Part shown: positions 12,654 through 26,198 of the stretch, piece by piece | How positions within the stretch are numbered: position 1 is the stretch's first letter | Layout of the letters: each line of letters starts with the position of its first letter | NCBI GenBank assembly: GCA_049724395.1 | Contig: JAUGWO010000036.1 | Coordinates: 1-64,000 of the forward strand | Source of the DNA: Spongospora subterranea f. sp. subterranea | Taxonomy: Eukaryota | DNA: 64,000 bases | Direction of reading: 5' to 3' | Notes under the pieces: generated by a model | Told to the model about the DNA's origin: nothing | The model's input: the letters and a program-made list of their open reading frames with translations, nothing else | Databases searched by the model: none | Translations under genes and position numbers: made by a program

Positions 12654-14111
12654 GATCTTGATAACGGTCCGTAAACCAGAAGATGATCTTGATAACGGTC
12701 CATAAACCAGAAGATGATCTTGATAACGGTCCATAAACCAGAAGATGATCTTGATAACGGTCCATAAACCAGAAGATGATCCATAACGGTCCATAAACCA
12801 GAAGATGATCTTGATAACGGTCCATAAACCAGAAGATGATCTTGATAACGGTCCATAAACCAGAAGATGATCTTGATAACGGTCCATAAACCAGAAGATG
12901 ATCTTGATAACGGTCCATAAACCAGAAGATGATCTTGATAACGGTCCATAAACCAGAAGATGATCTTGATAACGGTCCATAAACCAGAAGATGATCTTGA
13001 TAACGGTCCATAAACCAGAAGATGATCTTGATAACGGTCCATAAACCAGAAGATGATCTTGATAACGGTCCATAAACCAGAAGATGATCTTGATAACGGT
13101 CCATAAACCAGAAGATGATCTTGATAACGGTCCATAAACCAGAAGATGATCTTGATAACGGTCCATAAACCAGAAGATGATCTTGATAACGGTCCATAAA
13201 CCAGAAGATGATCTTGATAACGGTCCATAAACCAGAAGATGATCTTGATAACGGTCCATAAACCAGAAGATGATCTTGATAACGGTCCATAAACCAGAAG
13301 ATGATCTTGATAACGGTCCATAAACCAGAAGATGATCTTGATAACGGTCCATAAACCAGAAGATGATCTTGATAACGGTCCATAAACCAGAAGATGATCT
13401 TTGATAACGGTCCGGTCCATAAACCAGAAGATGATCTTGATAACGGTCCATAAACCAGAAGATGATCTTGATAACGGTCCATAAACCAGAAGATGATCTT
13501 GATAACGGTCCATAAACCAGAAGATGATCTTGATAACGGTCCATAAACCAGAAGATGATGATCTTGATAACGGTCCATAAACCAGAAGATGATCTTGATA
13601 ACGGTCCATAAACCAGAAGATGATCTTGATAACGGTCCATTGATAACGGTCCATAAACCAGAAGATGATCTTGATAACGGTCCATAAACCAGAAGATGAT
13701 CTTGATAACGGTCCATAAACCAGAAGATGATCTTGATAACGGTCCATAAACCAGAAGATGATCTTGATAACGGTCCATAAACCAGAAGATGATCTTGATA
13801 ACGGTCCATAAACCAGAAGATGATCTTGATAACGGTCCATAAACCAGAAGATGATCTTGATAACGGTCCATAAACCAGAAGATGATCTTGATAACGGTCC
13901 ATAAACCAGAAGATGATCTTGATAACGGTCCATAAACCAGAAGATGATCTTGATAACGGTTAAACCAGAAGATGATCTTGATAACGGTCCATAAACCAGA
14001 AGATGATCTTGATAACGGTCCATAAACCAGAAGATGATCTTGATAACGGTCCATAAACCAGAAGATGATCTTGATAACGGTCCGTAAACCAGAAGATGAT
14101 CTTGATAACGG
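12654..14111. repeat. 31-bp tandem array (GATCTTGATAACGGTCCATAAACCAGAAGAT), about 47 units
   Basis: Near-perfect head-to-tail units with a few slippage variants and no spacers. Confidence 0.98.
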
Positions 14112-17100
14112 GCAGGTACTACTGGCAGCGCTCGTCCAGCAACAGCAACAGTTCCAACGGCAGTTGCAGGAATTGTCGCAGCACTACCAGCATCGGCTGA
14201 CCTTGCCAGAACCCAAGGTTCGCCTCCCAGATCCTTTCGACGGTTCCCGATCCACCCTGCGAGGTTTTATCAACCAAATATCCATGGTCATCACCCGTAA
14301 ACCCAGGACATACGCCATGGATTCCGAAATGTTTGGTTGGTTCGGGACCTTCGGTTCTCACCAATTTTTGAGCGGCGGGATCCGTTGCTCCAGGATTTTG
14401 TCAGATTCATTGATGAACAGCAACAGTTGCGTTACGGGCACGGTTTGAGGATCCGAACAAAGCAGTTACAGCCGCACGACGATTGGAGGCGCTGCGCCAA
14501 GGTCGTCGCCCAGTCGCTGCGTATGCCAGCGAGTTTCAGCTGTTGGTCACCGACTCAGGTTGGGACGGCTACACCAGTTCCGAAATGGCCTCAACGAGGA
14601 TGTGAAAAATCTGCTGTTGACGTGCCCGGAGCCAGCCGACTTGCTCGCCCTAATCATGGCGACCATCAGATGCGGCGATCGCCTTTTTGAACGCGCCCAG
14701 GAGCGTCCAGGTCATTCGCAAGTACACCCACAGCGCCACCCCGAGGTCGATTCTGGGTCCGACTCCATGATGGTCGACTCGTTCAGAACCACCGGCCGCC
14801 CGCGACTGGATGAGTTCCAACGACCACGCCGCCGGGAACACAATTTGTGCAGATAATGTGGAGATGCTGGCCACCCTACCGTAGCCTGCCCCCTATTGGC
14901 GAACCGAAACCGCTTTTATTCCAATACATCATCATTTTCGACCTATAATGCTGAAAGCCACCTCTCCGATTAGCAAAAGTCGTGGGTGGACTCGTGCGAG
15001 ACATTATTCAGTTCCCTTATCACGGTCTCATGGCACCAATCCCAGTCCACCCAACTACATTGTTTGATCGACAGTGGCGCGTCCTCTGCTTTTATCGACG
15101 CCACATTTGTCGAACAAAACAGCATCCCGCTCGTCCGACTTCCTAGACCGTTATCTGTTGAAGTTATCGATGGTCGCAGACTCTCTTCTATTACCCATCG
15201 AACATCGCCACTACGACTAGAGATCTGGGGCATCAAATCATTGACCATTCTTTATGTCATTGAACGGGCTTACTATCCCATTATACTGGGGATGTCATGG
15301 CTTCACGAACTAAACCCACAGATTGATTGGAAGGCCCGTACAATCACCCCACGTTTTCCTATTACCGACAAGAGTGCCCACCTGTATACCGATAGGCCAT
15401 GGCAACACAATATATATTCGGCAACAATGACATCGAAAGCGATTGCAGCTTGTTCAAGGGACCCCACAAGTATGGCGAGTTCCAGGACGTGTTCGAAAAA
15501 AAAAACGAGCTGACCAACTGCCCCCACATCGCACATACGATTGCGCCATCAACTTTAAAGAGGAGACTGGCCCGCTGCCATACAGGAAGGTCTACAAACT
15601 CGGCCAGACCGAACAAAAAGTTTTGCGTCAGTACATCGAAGACAACCTCAAGAAAGGATTCATTCCCCACTCCAAATCACCGTTAGGATCACCAATACTC
15701 TTTGTAAAGAAGGACAACAGCCTCCGACTGTGCGTCGACTACCGCGATGTCAACAAGATAACCAAGAAGGAGCCTTATCCGATTTCTGCTATCCTTTTGG
15801 CCCAACTGTCTTCTGTCAAAATCATCACGAAGATCGATCTACGAGGCGCTTACAATCTCCTCCGAATCAAGGACGGCGACGAGTGGAAGACTGCATGGTG
15901 CTGCAAATATGGAAATTTCGAGTATACGGCAATATCGTTTGGTCTAATGAACTCTCCCGGTTATTTACAGAGGTTTATGAACGACGTCCTCCGTGAATAC
16001 CTCGACAAATTTGTGGTTGTTTACCTGGACGACATTTTGATCTACTCGGAGAGTGCGCTGCAGCACGACGTTAATGTTCGATTAGTACTTACCAAGTTGC
16101 GTTCAGCTGGTTTATTTGCAAAACTTGAAAAATGCTTGTCCGACGCTCAGGAAGTCGAATTCCTCGGGTATCTGGTCACCGACAACAGCATCAAGATGGA
16201 CCCAAGTAAGATGGAGACTATCCTCGATTGGGCGACACCTTCAACAGTCAAGGACGTCCAAAGTTTTCTAGGCTTTGATATCTTCTACAGGGAGTTCATT
16301 GTAGATTTCGCCAAAATATCTTCACCTCTCACGTCGCTGACGAAAAAAGATCAACGATTTGATTAGTCGGCCGCGGCCGAGTCCGCGTTCGTGACCCTGA
16401 AACGAGCGCTCACCACAGCGCCTGTTATGAAACATTTTGACCCTATCTTACCTATCATTATTGAGACCGATGAATCAGACTCGCCCTCGGCGCCTTGATT
16501 TCGCAACCGCAAATGGACGGTCAATTACATCCTATCGCGTTCTATCCAAGAAAATTAACAGTTTCGGAATTGAACTACGATGTTCATGGCAAAGAATTAC
16601 TCGCGATCGTGGTAGCGTTTCTAGTGTGGTTTGGTGTATTTTACCTCGTCCAAGACTCTCAGTCGCCGACAAGCTCGTTGGTCATTAATGATCGCTGAAT
16701 ATCCGTTCGTTCATCGTGCACCGACCTGGTAGTATATCAGGAAAACCAGATGCGTTGTCGCGGCGTCCCGAATATGAAATTCAACTATCTGGAAGGTGCA
16801 GCGGAGATCTATACTTCAACCGGATCAGCTCTTACCTACTCATGCAGCTACATTATGTGCCACGATGATTAACCCTTCTCAAACGATCGAGGAGCGTATC
16901 AAACTTAACCAGCAGTCGAACACCTTCGTCCAGAATATCTTTCAAGGCTTCCTGTGACAAGTTTTCGACTCGCAACGGAATCCTCTACAAAGAGAAATCG
17001 CTGGTGGTGGTGGGAGAAGATTGCAAACTGGACATATTGAAGGCACGTCACGATGTCCCTGCGAGTAATCATTTCGGTATTTCTAAGACACTTAACTCAG

Positions 17101-17380
17101 TACGACGTACCTACTTGTGGCCTGGAATGTCCAAGTATACTAAAAGGTATGTTATCTCCTGTGACACATGTGCTAGAGCAAAGTCCAGTCGCCATCAACT
17201 GTACTGTTTACTCTGCCCTTTACCGATCGCAGAGGAGACATTTGGCGCTCGATTACCATGGACTTCATTGTTAAATTGCCGAAGTCTCGGAGTCACGATT
17301 ATATCCTGGTGGTGGTAGATCGTTTCTCCAAAATGAGCCAATTTATTCCATGCACCGAATCGATAAATGGGGCAGGTGGG
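14100..17380 (+). mobile_element. Ty3/Gypsy (Tf2-like) retrotransposon internal region, degenerate: gag-PR-RT-RH-IN (truncated)
   Basis: Gag 'PEPKVRLPDPFDGSRS' and a CCHC knuckle; protease 'LIDSGAS'; RT 'LRLCVDYR...KIDLRGAY...VVYLDDILIYS'; RH 'HPIAFY...[13 protein letters not shown]'; IN zinc finger 'HDVPASNHFG...CDTCAR'. Confidence 0.95.
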
Positions 17381-17789
17381 GTGGTACCGGCACAAATCTC
17401 GCGCCTCCCCAAGGCACGTACGCCAAGAACTGTTTGAAAATTTAAGGATTTACAAACAGATTGAGCCTTGCGAGCAAGGATTACCTTATTTTCTAAGAAA
17501 TATTCACCGTTCAACCGTCTTCTGGGAGTACGTATTGCCCAATTACATCATAAATTTTAATCTGATTGCATTCGAGATTTTGCATCTCCCCCACCGCGCG
17601 TGAACCACAATGGGTTGGGTAGTTTGTTTCGTCGTCTGATACTAGAAGAAGCGATACATCGTCGCCGATTTTTTCGTTAATTTGGACATCGAGGTGATGA
17701 ATTCATACGGCTCTCAGTACCAAGATCAAAAGCAATCGACAAATGATTTTCATTCAAACTTTGCTTGTAATTTGTGCGGTATCGTCCCG

Positions 17790-19760
17790 GAGCCAGGCGT
17801 TGTGTTATATTGTCAAATCTGACAGAGATTCGTCACGTCAGCTTCAACCCTAGCTCATTCCGCCTTCAAACGCATTCTGGCGGCGATGCCGTCGATCAGT
17901 TCCTTGTTGCGATTCAGCGCGATCGACATCAGGATGAAGTTGAACGTCACGCTGTCTGCCTCGCGCAGGAAACCTGCCAGCTTGCTCAGCCAACTGTTCG
18001 TCGTTTCAGCCATGCTCGAGGCAAACATTGGTTTGCCATTGTCGTTCACCATTTTAATAGCAGCCGGCGAGTACTCAACTTGACAAGCAATGTCGGATTG
18101 TTTGTGGCAGCAGATGTGAAATCTGTCCACAGCCTAGCGAACAAAATTGGCACATTGGTAGTGCTCGTGTCACCTCAAATATGGACCGAGACGACAGGCA
18201 TTGTCGAAAAAAATGACGTCCGGTCGTCGGTGACATCAACCTCTTTCAGACTATTCTCCACAAACAGAGCAACGTCTTCGAAGGCCTCTGTTGTGAATAT
18301 CGGTTGTATATTGATGATAACGCCGCACGACCAAACCAAAACAAGAATGTCAGGTGTGTACGCGGGTCCAAAACGAGAGATAAGTTTGCCAGTTTTTCTT
18401 GCGGTCTGTAGTTCTGCTTCCTCTTTCCTGGCATTATTGGCAGAAATCGATTTGCTGATGCCCCACGACTTGTCATGTTTTTAGTTGCTGCCTTTCGCCT
18501 CTTCGAAACTTCGTGTTGCTGCCATACGTAGTCGATGTCCAATTTCCGCGGCGATTCATACTGTAGTTCTTCATGGGTGGGATCATCGCAACATTCTACG
18601 AAAGCTTTTCTTCGATGACTGGAACAGCCATCCACGCGGCAGATACTGGCCAAGTTTTCGTTCTCCTTGCAAAAAGGTAGCTGTCTGCTCACAAAGGGGA
18701 GTGGACAGTGGGCGTACCGACAAACCTGATGTCCCATCACCTTGCCGTCCAGAACAGCACATCGAACATCAACACCAACATCCCCATTTCGCTGCTTGTG
18801 GGTGTCGCATTCCTGTATGGACAGTCTAGGCATCACAGACCTCATATGCGTTATTGCCTCCTCCATGGCGTCATCGAGACCATTACACGGACGTTGTTTG
18901 CTCCCTACTCGTACTGTCAAAGCGATCTCGACATTCCTCTTTCCGTGTAACTCCAGAAGTCTTAGGATAAAAAACGCCCGCCGAAACACTTGTGGAGTCG
19001 ACTTCGACGTATGCGATTTCAGGCTTGTTAATGTGTCTTTATTGTGCATAGCATAGCCCTCCTGAGATGATGTGTGTAAACAAGGCATGCGCATCGGAAC
19101 AATGATAACACCACAGCCGGCATGCTGCCAGCGAAATGACCCACGTTTGCGTCACGCCGATATAACCGACACAATCTCCTTCAGTGAGTAGTATGATCGA
19201 AATGATGATTTCACCGATACACCATCTGTGGGCGTCACATGATCAAACAAGAATTGCTTGGCATTACAGTCCTTTGATCGCGTATTGTTTTGGGTCGTGT
19301 CTTTTCACCGACGAACGACCAACGACAACTCCGTTGGTTGTTATAATCTGGACAGTTCCTTCCTTGTCGGATTGCACAACCAGTTTGATCTTGCACAATT
19401 GGCAGCGGGTACAGCTACAGCACAGCATTCGCCCGTAGTTGCCAGGTCGGTATGATGAAATCCAGCGTCATCGCGGTCCGTAACCATGCGCGCGAGCACA
19501 TCGACCATGTCATCATGGGCGACGACCACATTCAAACAGATGTGTGCCATCAACAACAGCGATTCGAACGACATAATATGTTTTCAGCACATGTTTTACT
19601 TCTTTTGGTGTTGTGCATGCAGCCACCCAAGGATATATGTTATCCCAGTTCGTCAGTAATGCTTGAACGAGGCGGGACTGACTTGCAATAGACAGCATTG
19701 AGATTGTCTGAATATGACGTGATCCACACAATGAGCACTGCGAGAACAGTGTGGCGTCAT
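17790..19760 (-). mobile_element. Kyakuja-Dileera-Zisupton (KDZ)-type transposase with CxC cysteine clusters, degenerate
   Basis: 'ICRVDGCSSHRRKAFVECCDDPTH' (CxC6-like), 'PDVIFFDNAC' and 'DRFHICCHKQSDIACQVEYSP...SSMAETTNSWL'. Confidence 0.7.
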
Positions 19761-20344
19761 ATCAGGGTTTGCGATTGAGTACACGTTTAAACGCCGCTGC
19801 TGCCTATTGCAATTCAGTCCCGACTCGTTCAACCGTTAAAGACGAACTAGGTTAGTATATTTTCCTGGATTGCTGAGTGCAAAACACCAGAAGAAGTAAA
19901 ACATCTGTCTTGTTCGAGTCGCTGTTGGGATGGCACAACAACCACATCCGAACAGCTCCTTAACAGCGATTCGAAAGACATAACTTGTTTTCAAGACATC
20001 GTTTACATCCTGTGGTGTATTGCACTCAGAAATCCAGGAAAATATATTATCCTAGTTCGTTCGAAACCACATGACTGCGTTTGACTGATTAGACAAAATT
20101 GCTAGGATTATTCTGGCGGTAGTCAGATTAGCAGCGAACTTAATGAATGGTCCTAGTTATAAGAGGCTTCTAGGTTTGCATCCTTTCCCGGTCTCTTGTC
20201 TCATATAGTGTCAACGCCTGAAACAAATGGTCACTTCCACCGTTTAATAATGTCGTTTTGAGCCATTTGAGACAAAAAGACATTGCATGGTCTAATACCA
20301 TATTCTACCCATATGAAACGGATCCGAACGGTTCAATACATGAA

Positions 20345-21620
20345 TCAGAAAGCTGACTGTCCTGCCTGAAATGCCAGGAGAAGTTCTTCGAATATAGCGA
20401 CTTCATTTGCGGAATTTTTGTAGATCATGCTGTGTTGACCAATTGAGCCAAAAAAGACATTCCAAGATATCAAGCCCAATGTCCAGAAGGAACTTTCAAT
20501 GAATTTCTGAACAATATGAGACCCGATCACCTGTGTTCCGATAGGAATAATCGACTGAGGAGCTAAAGCGTGCACTATTTCAGCAAATTTGAGCTATTTT
20601 CCCTTCATTATTCAAAAGAAAGTCTGTGCGCCAATGAAAACGTTTGATTTAAGACCGAACTCACGGTCCCGACCACCACCTCGAAACCCTCTCCGAAACT
20701 GTGTGTCTACAATAATACTCGATGGTTAAACAGGTTGTTGGAGTCCGTTCGGTGAGACAGCCATCCCTTTTATTGATCTTCCGCGAGGCAGCCACTCAAC
20801 CGTGCACATTCAACGTCGAGGACGCCAGCTCAAAATGCAGTAGTAAACGCAAATTTGTGGAAAGTAAACTCCTGTGTTGTCTTGTCGCAAATCAACAACT
20901 GAAACCAATCATGCAGGCGAATATCCTGGCCAGAGGATGGGGCATTGAAGAAACTGTTCTTGGTGTTGTTTCTACGGTAGACGTGTCCAAAAAATATGGC
21001 TGAAAAACCCAGGTTGAACAGGCAACAGAACCGGCTGGGGATGTTGTCGAAACAATGGCTGCAACAAAATTTGACACCCCGAAGCACTGGGATAATTCAT
21101 GTGAACAACCGGATATGTTTATTCGAATTTAGGGAGTACGCGTTTTTGTTGGCAACCGCTTCCAGGGTACAGCACAGGAGATCACGTTTACAAATTGCGT
21201 TTGCTACCGCATTACAAGCTGGCGTTTTGGCCGTTAAATGTGCACGTTTGAGTGGCTGCCTCGCTAATTCACTCATCATTGAGAGGGAACAACCGGGTAA
21301 ACCATCGAGTAATGATTGTAGACACAAACGTTTTGGAAGAGTTTGCCGCCGTCCACAAAACCCATGCACCTGGTTCGGGATCCACAATATTTTGTTTTTT
21401 TTTTAGGCACCCTAATTCATACTGGCGCGCCAGCGTCGGTTCCGAGAACAACTGCGATGTACGCTTACGAGCCATCAGCCACCGAGACCGAGGTCCCATT
21501 GACTTCAGAATATTGAAGTATTCGCGATGGTTCGATGATTCCATTGTAGAAGATCCCTTACCGGATCGCGATGGTTTTCAAACTGGTCATACACACTCAA
21601 GGCCATTACCGGTGCCCATG
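20345..21620 (-). CDS. Hypothetical spliced protein-coding gene
   Basis: A chain of minus-strand ORF pieces in the gene-dense island, divergent from the CASTOR-like gene. No family recognised. Confidence 0.3.
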
Positions 21621-21838
21621 GCCCAAACGATGTGGTCGGGACGTTGATCCGCAACCAACACCGCAGACTGCCGAACGAGAGGCCGCTCCGGTTCGGAACG
21701 GGCTCCACGCAACCTGTACCCAGGATTCGATCCGCTTTAGCGTGCCTTGCTGCATGAATCTTCTGGACACAAGGCAGTTATCCGGCAAGTTTTACCGGCC
21801 ACTGCTTGCAATTGGCCATTGGTGAGGTGATTTTATTG

Positions 21839-23157
21839 ATGATGTTGACCGTACTTCCCGATTCGCTGTTTATCGTCCAGATTCGAAGCCGGGACCATGG
21901 AGCGGGCGCCGTTGTCCTATTGCGTCTGTTTTTCTTTGAGGACGACAGGTGCGTCGAAACTCCAACGGCAATCGTGCTTTTCTGACGATGTTCGCGACCA
22001 GACCCTTTTTTGCGTTCACGCGAACGGATGAGGAGATTTCTATGATTGTTCAGGAGAGGTCGCTGTCATATTTACAGACACTTCCCAATATTGCGATTTC
22101 TCCCATGAAATGGCGTGCCTTCACATTCTCTAACAATCAACAAGGTATTTTCTGCATTCCAGAATTTTCCAAAACAAAACAGATTTCTCTCATCCAGGTT
22201 CCACGTAACTCCCCGTTATGTTCACAAACAGCACCTGCGTTCAAACATTGCAAATATCCAAATTATTTCGACGCAATTCTGTTATTTTCAAAAAAACAAC
22301 AGCTGGTCATTCCTGTTGGAAATTCTCTCCGCACTAAGACTCGTATTTGTCAATGGTAGATGGTCGAGCACCTAAACTGTTGGCACTGCTAGCGCAACGT
22401 CGATTCTCCATCTTCTACATGTCAACGGCGACCCAGGACCTGATTCTGGTCATGTCCCACGAGCTGCACGAGATCATCGCGTGTCTGGCCGAACACGATG
22501 TCTCGGTCAGGGCGGACTCCGATGTGAGCTCCGTCGTAACGTTACCGCCAGAGGAGGCCGCCGTCTCGGCTGCCGCTGACATCATCCAGTTGCGGCGACT
22601 GTCCGACGAATTCTTCCTGCATTCAGTACCGGTTTCCGATCTGGAACGCCTTCTCAAACCCATTCTAAATATTTTTTTTGTCAACGCCGCCAGACAAAAC
22701 TTTGTGGCGTTTTCAATTGTTGATGATGAGGTATCTCATAAGTTTCCACTACTTTACGCTAATTCAAGCATTGAACGTCAAATTTTACGTTTACCCTCGT
22801 TTGTTTATTGACCCATGTTCTGTTTTTATTCTTAGAAGGTTTCTTTATTTGCCATTCATAGATTAAATTCCTCAGATATCGTTAATATTGGACCGAGCTG
22901 CATCGAAATTGATGGCAGCTTATACGGATGTAAATTTCCAGCAAGCCTGGACGGCGTTCCGCGTTTTGGGCGATTGGGGGTTCTCAGAGACCGGCTTGGT
23001 CAGTTCAATTTCGTCAACGTTGACTGATGCCGGGATCGATGGGTCCCTGTTCATGTCCACGTTTAGCCGCGATTACTTCATCGTACAGAGTGATCTGGTT
23101 CCACGTTCAGTGGACGCCTTCCAGTCTGCTGGCATATCCGTTCATTCCGATTCGTAG
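21839..23157 (+). CDS. CASTOR/GATS-like ACT-domain protein (multi-exon)
   Basis: 'FFAFTRTDEEISMIV', 'FSIFYMSTATQDLILV' and 'WTAFRVLGDWGFSETGLVSSISSTLTDAGI...MSTFSRDYFIV' are repeated CASTOR-type ACT motifs; GT-AG introns. Confidence 0.82.
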
Positions 23158-23700
23158 TCGTTTATATATTTATACATTCTTTCAATTTCGCCGTCTGAGT
23201 GGTATTCGAGAAACTCTCCCATTGGGCTGTTAGGACACCCTCTCATAACACCCTCTCATCGGGCTTTTAACTCTATACAGAATTTTCGCCAATTGATTGC
23301 ATCTCCATTTTCAATCCCATGGGAACCGATATGTTAATCGCCAGTGCCGAAATGATGGCAGTGATCTGCTACCATTCGTGCATAGACGGCTAAAGTTCAA
23401 AGGTGTTGTGAAAGGTCTGAGCAGCGTTCTATGTGTTGAAATAATGATGTGTCTCTGGGAATTTTTGCATTAGTTTGGGAAACCTGTTGATAATGGTCAT
23501 TGGGTACGATTCGTCGCATGCGTCTTTCAATCCTATCTGGAACTGCATTACTGAAAAACAAACCCAGTCAAGAGAGATTCAGTTTGAATGGGGAACCTGT
23601 ATTGCAATAATGAAAAACGACTCGGGTGGGATGGCGAAGCAGCACTCTGTCTTGGTCGCGCACTCCGTTGTTCCGAGACCACCTGCGCCTTGATCGACAA

Positions 23701-24560
23701 ATGTCAGAGAGGGTTCTGGCGCCGGTGGTCCATTATTCGGACTCGTCTGACGATGAAGACTCCAGATCCCGCTGCCTCGTCCAGTCGGCCAGGTCATCTT
23801 CTGCCTTGAGATCATCCGGTCCGCCACAGAATCCGAAAACTCGCGATAGTCGAACCGATTCCGTCATTAATTCGGAGGCTATTCTTGATCCAGAAATCGA
23901 ATCAATTTCGGCTCACATTTCCCACAAATCGGGTTTAGTTGACGTCCAGGTATCCACAATGCAGCTGGACGAGGCCGCAATCACTGAGGCTTACGTTACT
24001 TCAAAGTTGGATTCCGAGGTCATTCCTGACAGGGTATCGAATGAAGACAACCTGGACGATTCGTTACTCCCACCTTCTCCTATCGGTGAACCTGACCCTG
24101 ATGTCCAAGAAAATATCCGCCTTTGTATCGAGCACCAACGCCGCGGAAACAATTTCAACGCATCGTTACGCGCCCATGAGATATTTATTAATCCCTATAT
24201 CCTAGAGACAGTCGCTAAGGTATAGTTTGCACTGCGACGGTGCCAATGCGGTCTTTAATTATTACACTGTAGGTCTATGAGATTGACGATCATGGCACCA
24301 ACATGCCTGCCTCTCTTCATGATCCTCAGCGGTTCGCTCCGGAAGATTATTATGATGAAGTCAGTCGGCGTCGGGACCAAATGGAGGCGGCAAAACAGGA
24401 GGCTATGCAAAGGCGAGTAGCTGCTGCTGCCGCTGTGGGGAATGCTTCCAGACGAATAGAGTTTGTTCAAGGGGATAGACACGGTCCCAACCATGTTGAT
24501 CTGCGTATTCAAGAGCAAATTCGAGCTCATCAATTACGCCTTGCTAAAAAGGCGAAATAA
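23701..24560 (+). CDS. SAP30BP: SAP30-binding protein / HCNGP-like (exons 23701-24219, 24273-24560)
   Basis: 'LVHYSDSSDDED'-type N-terminus, 'LLPPSPIGEPDPDVQ...NFNASLR...FINPYILE' and 'IDDHGTN...FAPEDYYDE'. The intron splices in frame. Confidence 0.85.
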
Positions 24561-25040
24561 TAACATCCACATTTTGTTTGATCGTATTAAATTATCTGTA
24601 TATTTCGGCTAAATAATTTATCAGAGTTACGATCAGTGTTCTAAACATCACCGCCTTCCCTTGACATGTTCTTCAGGTGTTAATTTCGGAACGGATAACA
24701 CAATTCAGGTATTTACCATTGAGATATTCTCTATTAAATGTTAAAACGAAAATTTGTAGAATCGGCTCCGTTCCTGCGTGTCTTCGCTCACTTCCGCCCT
24801 GAGCTAAATTAGTATTTTGAAACTCACCACGGAGCTTCACACCACTCAGAGCTTCAATGTTTGCCAGGACGAATGGTGGTTTTCCACTTTTCCTGTCATG
24901 GGAATTTTGGACGCGAAAATGGCTAAAAATTACAGCGCACCCACATAAGGAGAGTCAAATACAAAGAAAGTCTATGAAACACATGCGGTATTGCAGCGAG
25001 AATTTCAACAATAAAAGGCAGTACCACTGTTTGGTATGGA

Positions 25041-25737
25041 ATGCTTCGTACGATGAAGTACATTTGCTGGCGTATTAATCATCAAAGGCAGACGGAGTCC
25101 GTGAGTGCAGACGTGGGTTACCAGTCGGGCTGCGGTCACACTGGTCCTATACATACGTGCCAGCGGAATACCTATCCAAAACGATCATTACATCCCCTGA
25201 TTTCTGGATCTACTTCCCCAATGCTGTCTCGGTAAAATTCCCATTCGCTGCTCCATTTTCCATATTAATCTCAATTCTAGCGCATTACCATGTCTTCGCC
25301 GGATCGTAACGCCTGCTCTCCAAAGGCATCAGTCGGCTGGTGCAGCCGCTCCGCATATTGAAAAAATTGTTGACGACATAGCAAAGCTAAACTTGCTTGA
25401 AGTCAGTGAATTTGTGAAATTGTTGAAGGTTCGACTTGATATCCCAGATATGATGACATCAATGCCCATGAGCGTTGCTGCGCCGGCTGGTGAAGCTGCC
25501 GAGGCTCCTGTTGTTGCTGAAAAGACGATTTTCACTGTCAAGTTGGCTGGTTTTGACGCCGTTAATAAGGTGAAGACCATCAAGGAGGTTAGAGCTATCA
25601 CAAAACTGGGGTTGAAGGAGGCCAAGGCTCTGGTGGAATCCGCTCCTTGCGATATTGTCAAAGACGTTAACAAAAAAGATGCTGAGGCCATTCTGGAGCA
25701 ATTAAAAGCGGCCGGAGCCAATGCCGAATTGATATAA
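25041..25737 (+). CDS. MRPL12: Mitochondrial ribosomal protein bL12m (L7/L12); proposed exons 25041-25057 and 25281-25737
   Basis: 'IVDDIAKLNLLEVSEFVKLLK' and 'EKTIFTVKL...KVKTIKEVRAITKLGLKEAKALVE'. The spliced N-terminus 'MLRTMNALPCLRR' resembles a transit peptide. The first exon is less certain. Confidence 0.92.
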
Positions 25738-26198
25738 CCGATCTCATCAATATATTTCCATGTAAAAATCCATACAGGAGTTTTTTATTTTCTTTACAAA
25801 TTTTTCTCGAAACATATTGGAAACCTTTGTCCATGAAACAGAGTGATGTTGGACCATTTTTGATATCATTTTATTGGGTTATGAATATCCAGATGTCGAC
25901 AGTTTCAAGTTTTCTTCTAGGATTGTCGGTGGTCTGCCTCTCGCCCGTCCGTATCATGATAAATCGGTGCACAATAGTGTACACCATTTCAATGCGGTCT
26001 TGTAGCAATCCTCTGGCATCAGCGTGTCACTCTGTGGCTGTGCCTCGTTACGGAATCTGTCGCGCGGTGAACATGAGGATGACTGGCAATCACGTGACGT
26101 GGACGCAATGACCCAGAGATGGCCAAAACCCTCATCGGTCTCAGGTTTGGCAACCGGGAATCAGGATATGTTGCTGTCATTGGTGATATTCGTCGGCA

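Noticed and set aside
12556..14054. Three 448-487 aa minus-strand ORFs
   Set aside because: Artefacts of a 31-bp unit with no stop codon on that strand; all three frames give the same periodic peptide.
12654..14111. CRISPR array
   Set aside because: The unit length is CRISPR-like, but units are contiguous with no unique spacers, there are no cas genes and the context is eukaryotic.
25058..25280. TPP riboswitch in the MRPL12 intron
   Set aside because: The conserved CUGAGA and CUGAU...UAAU...GCG core is not found on either strand.
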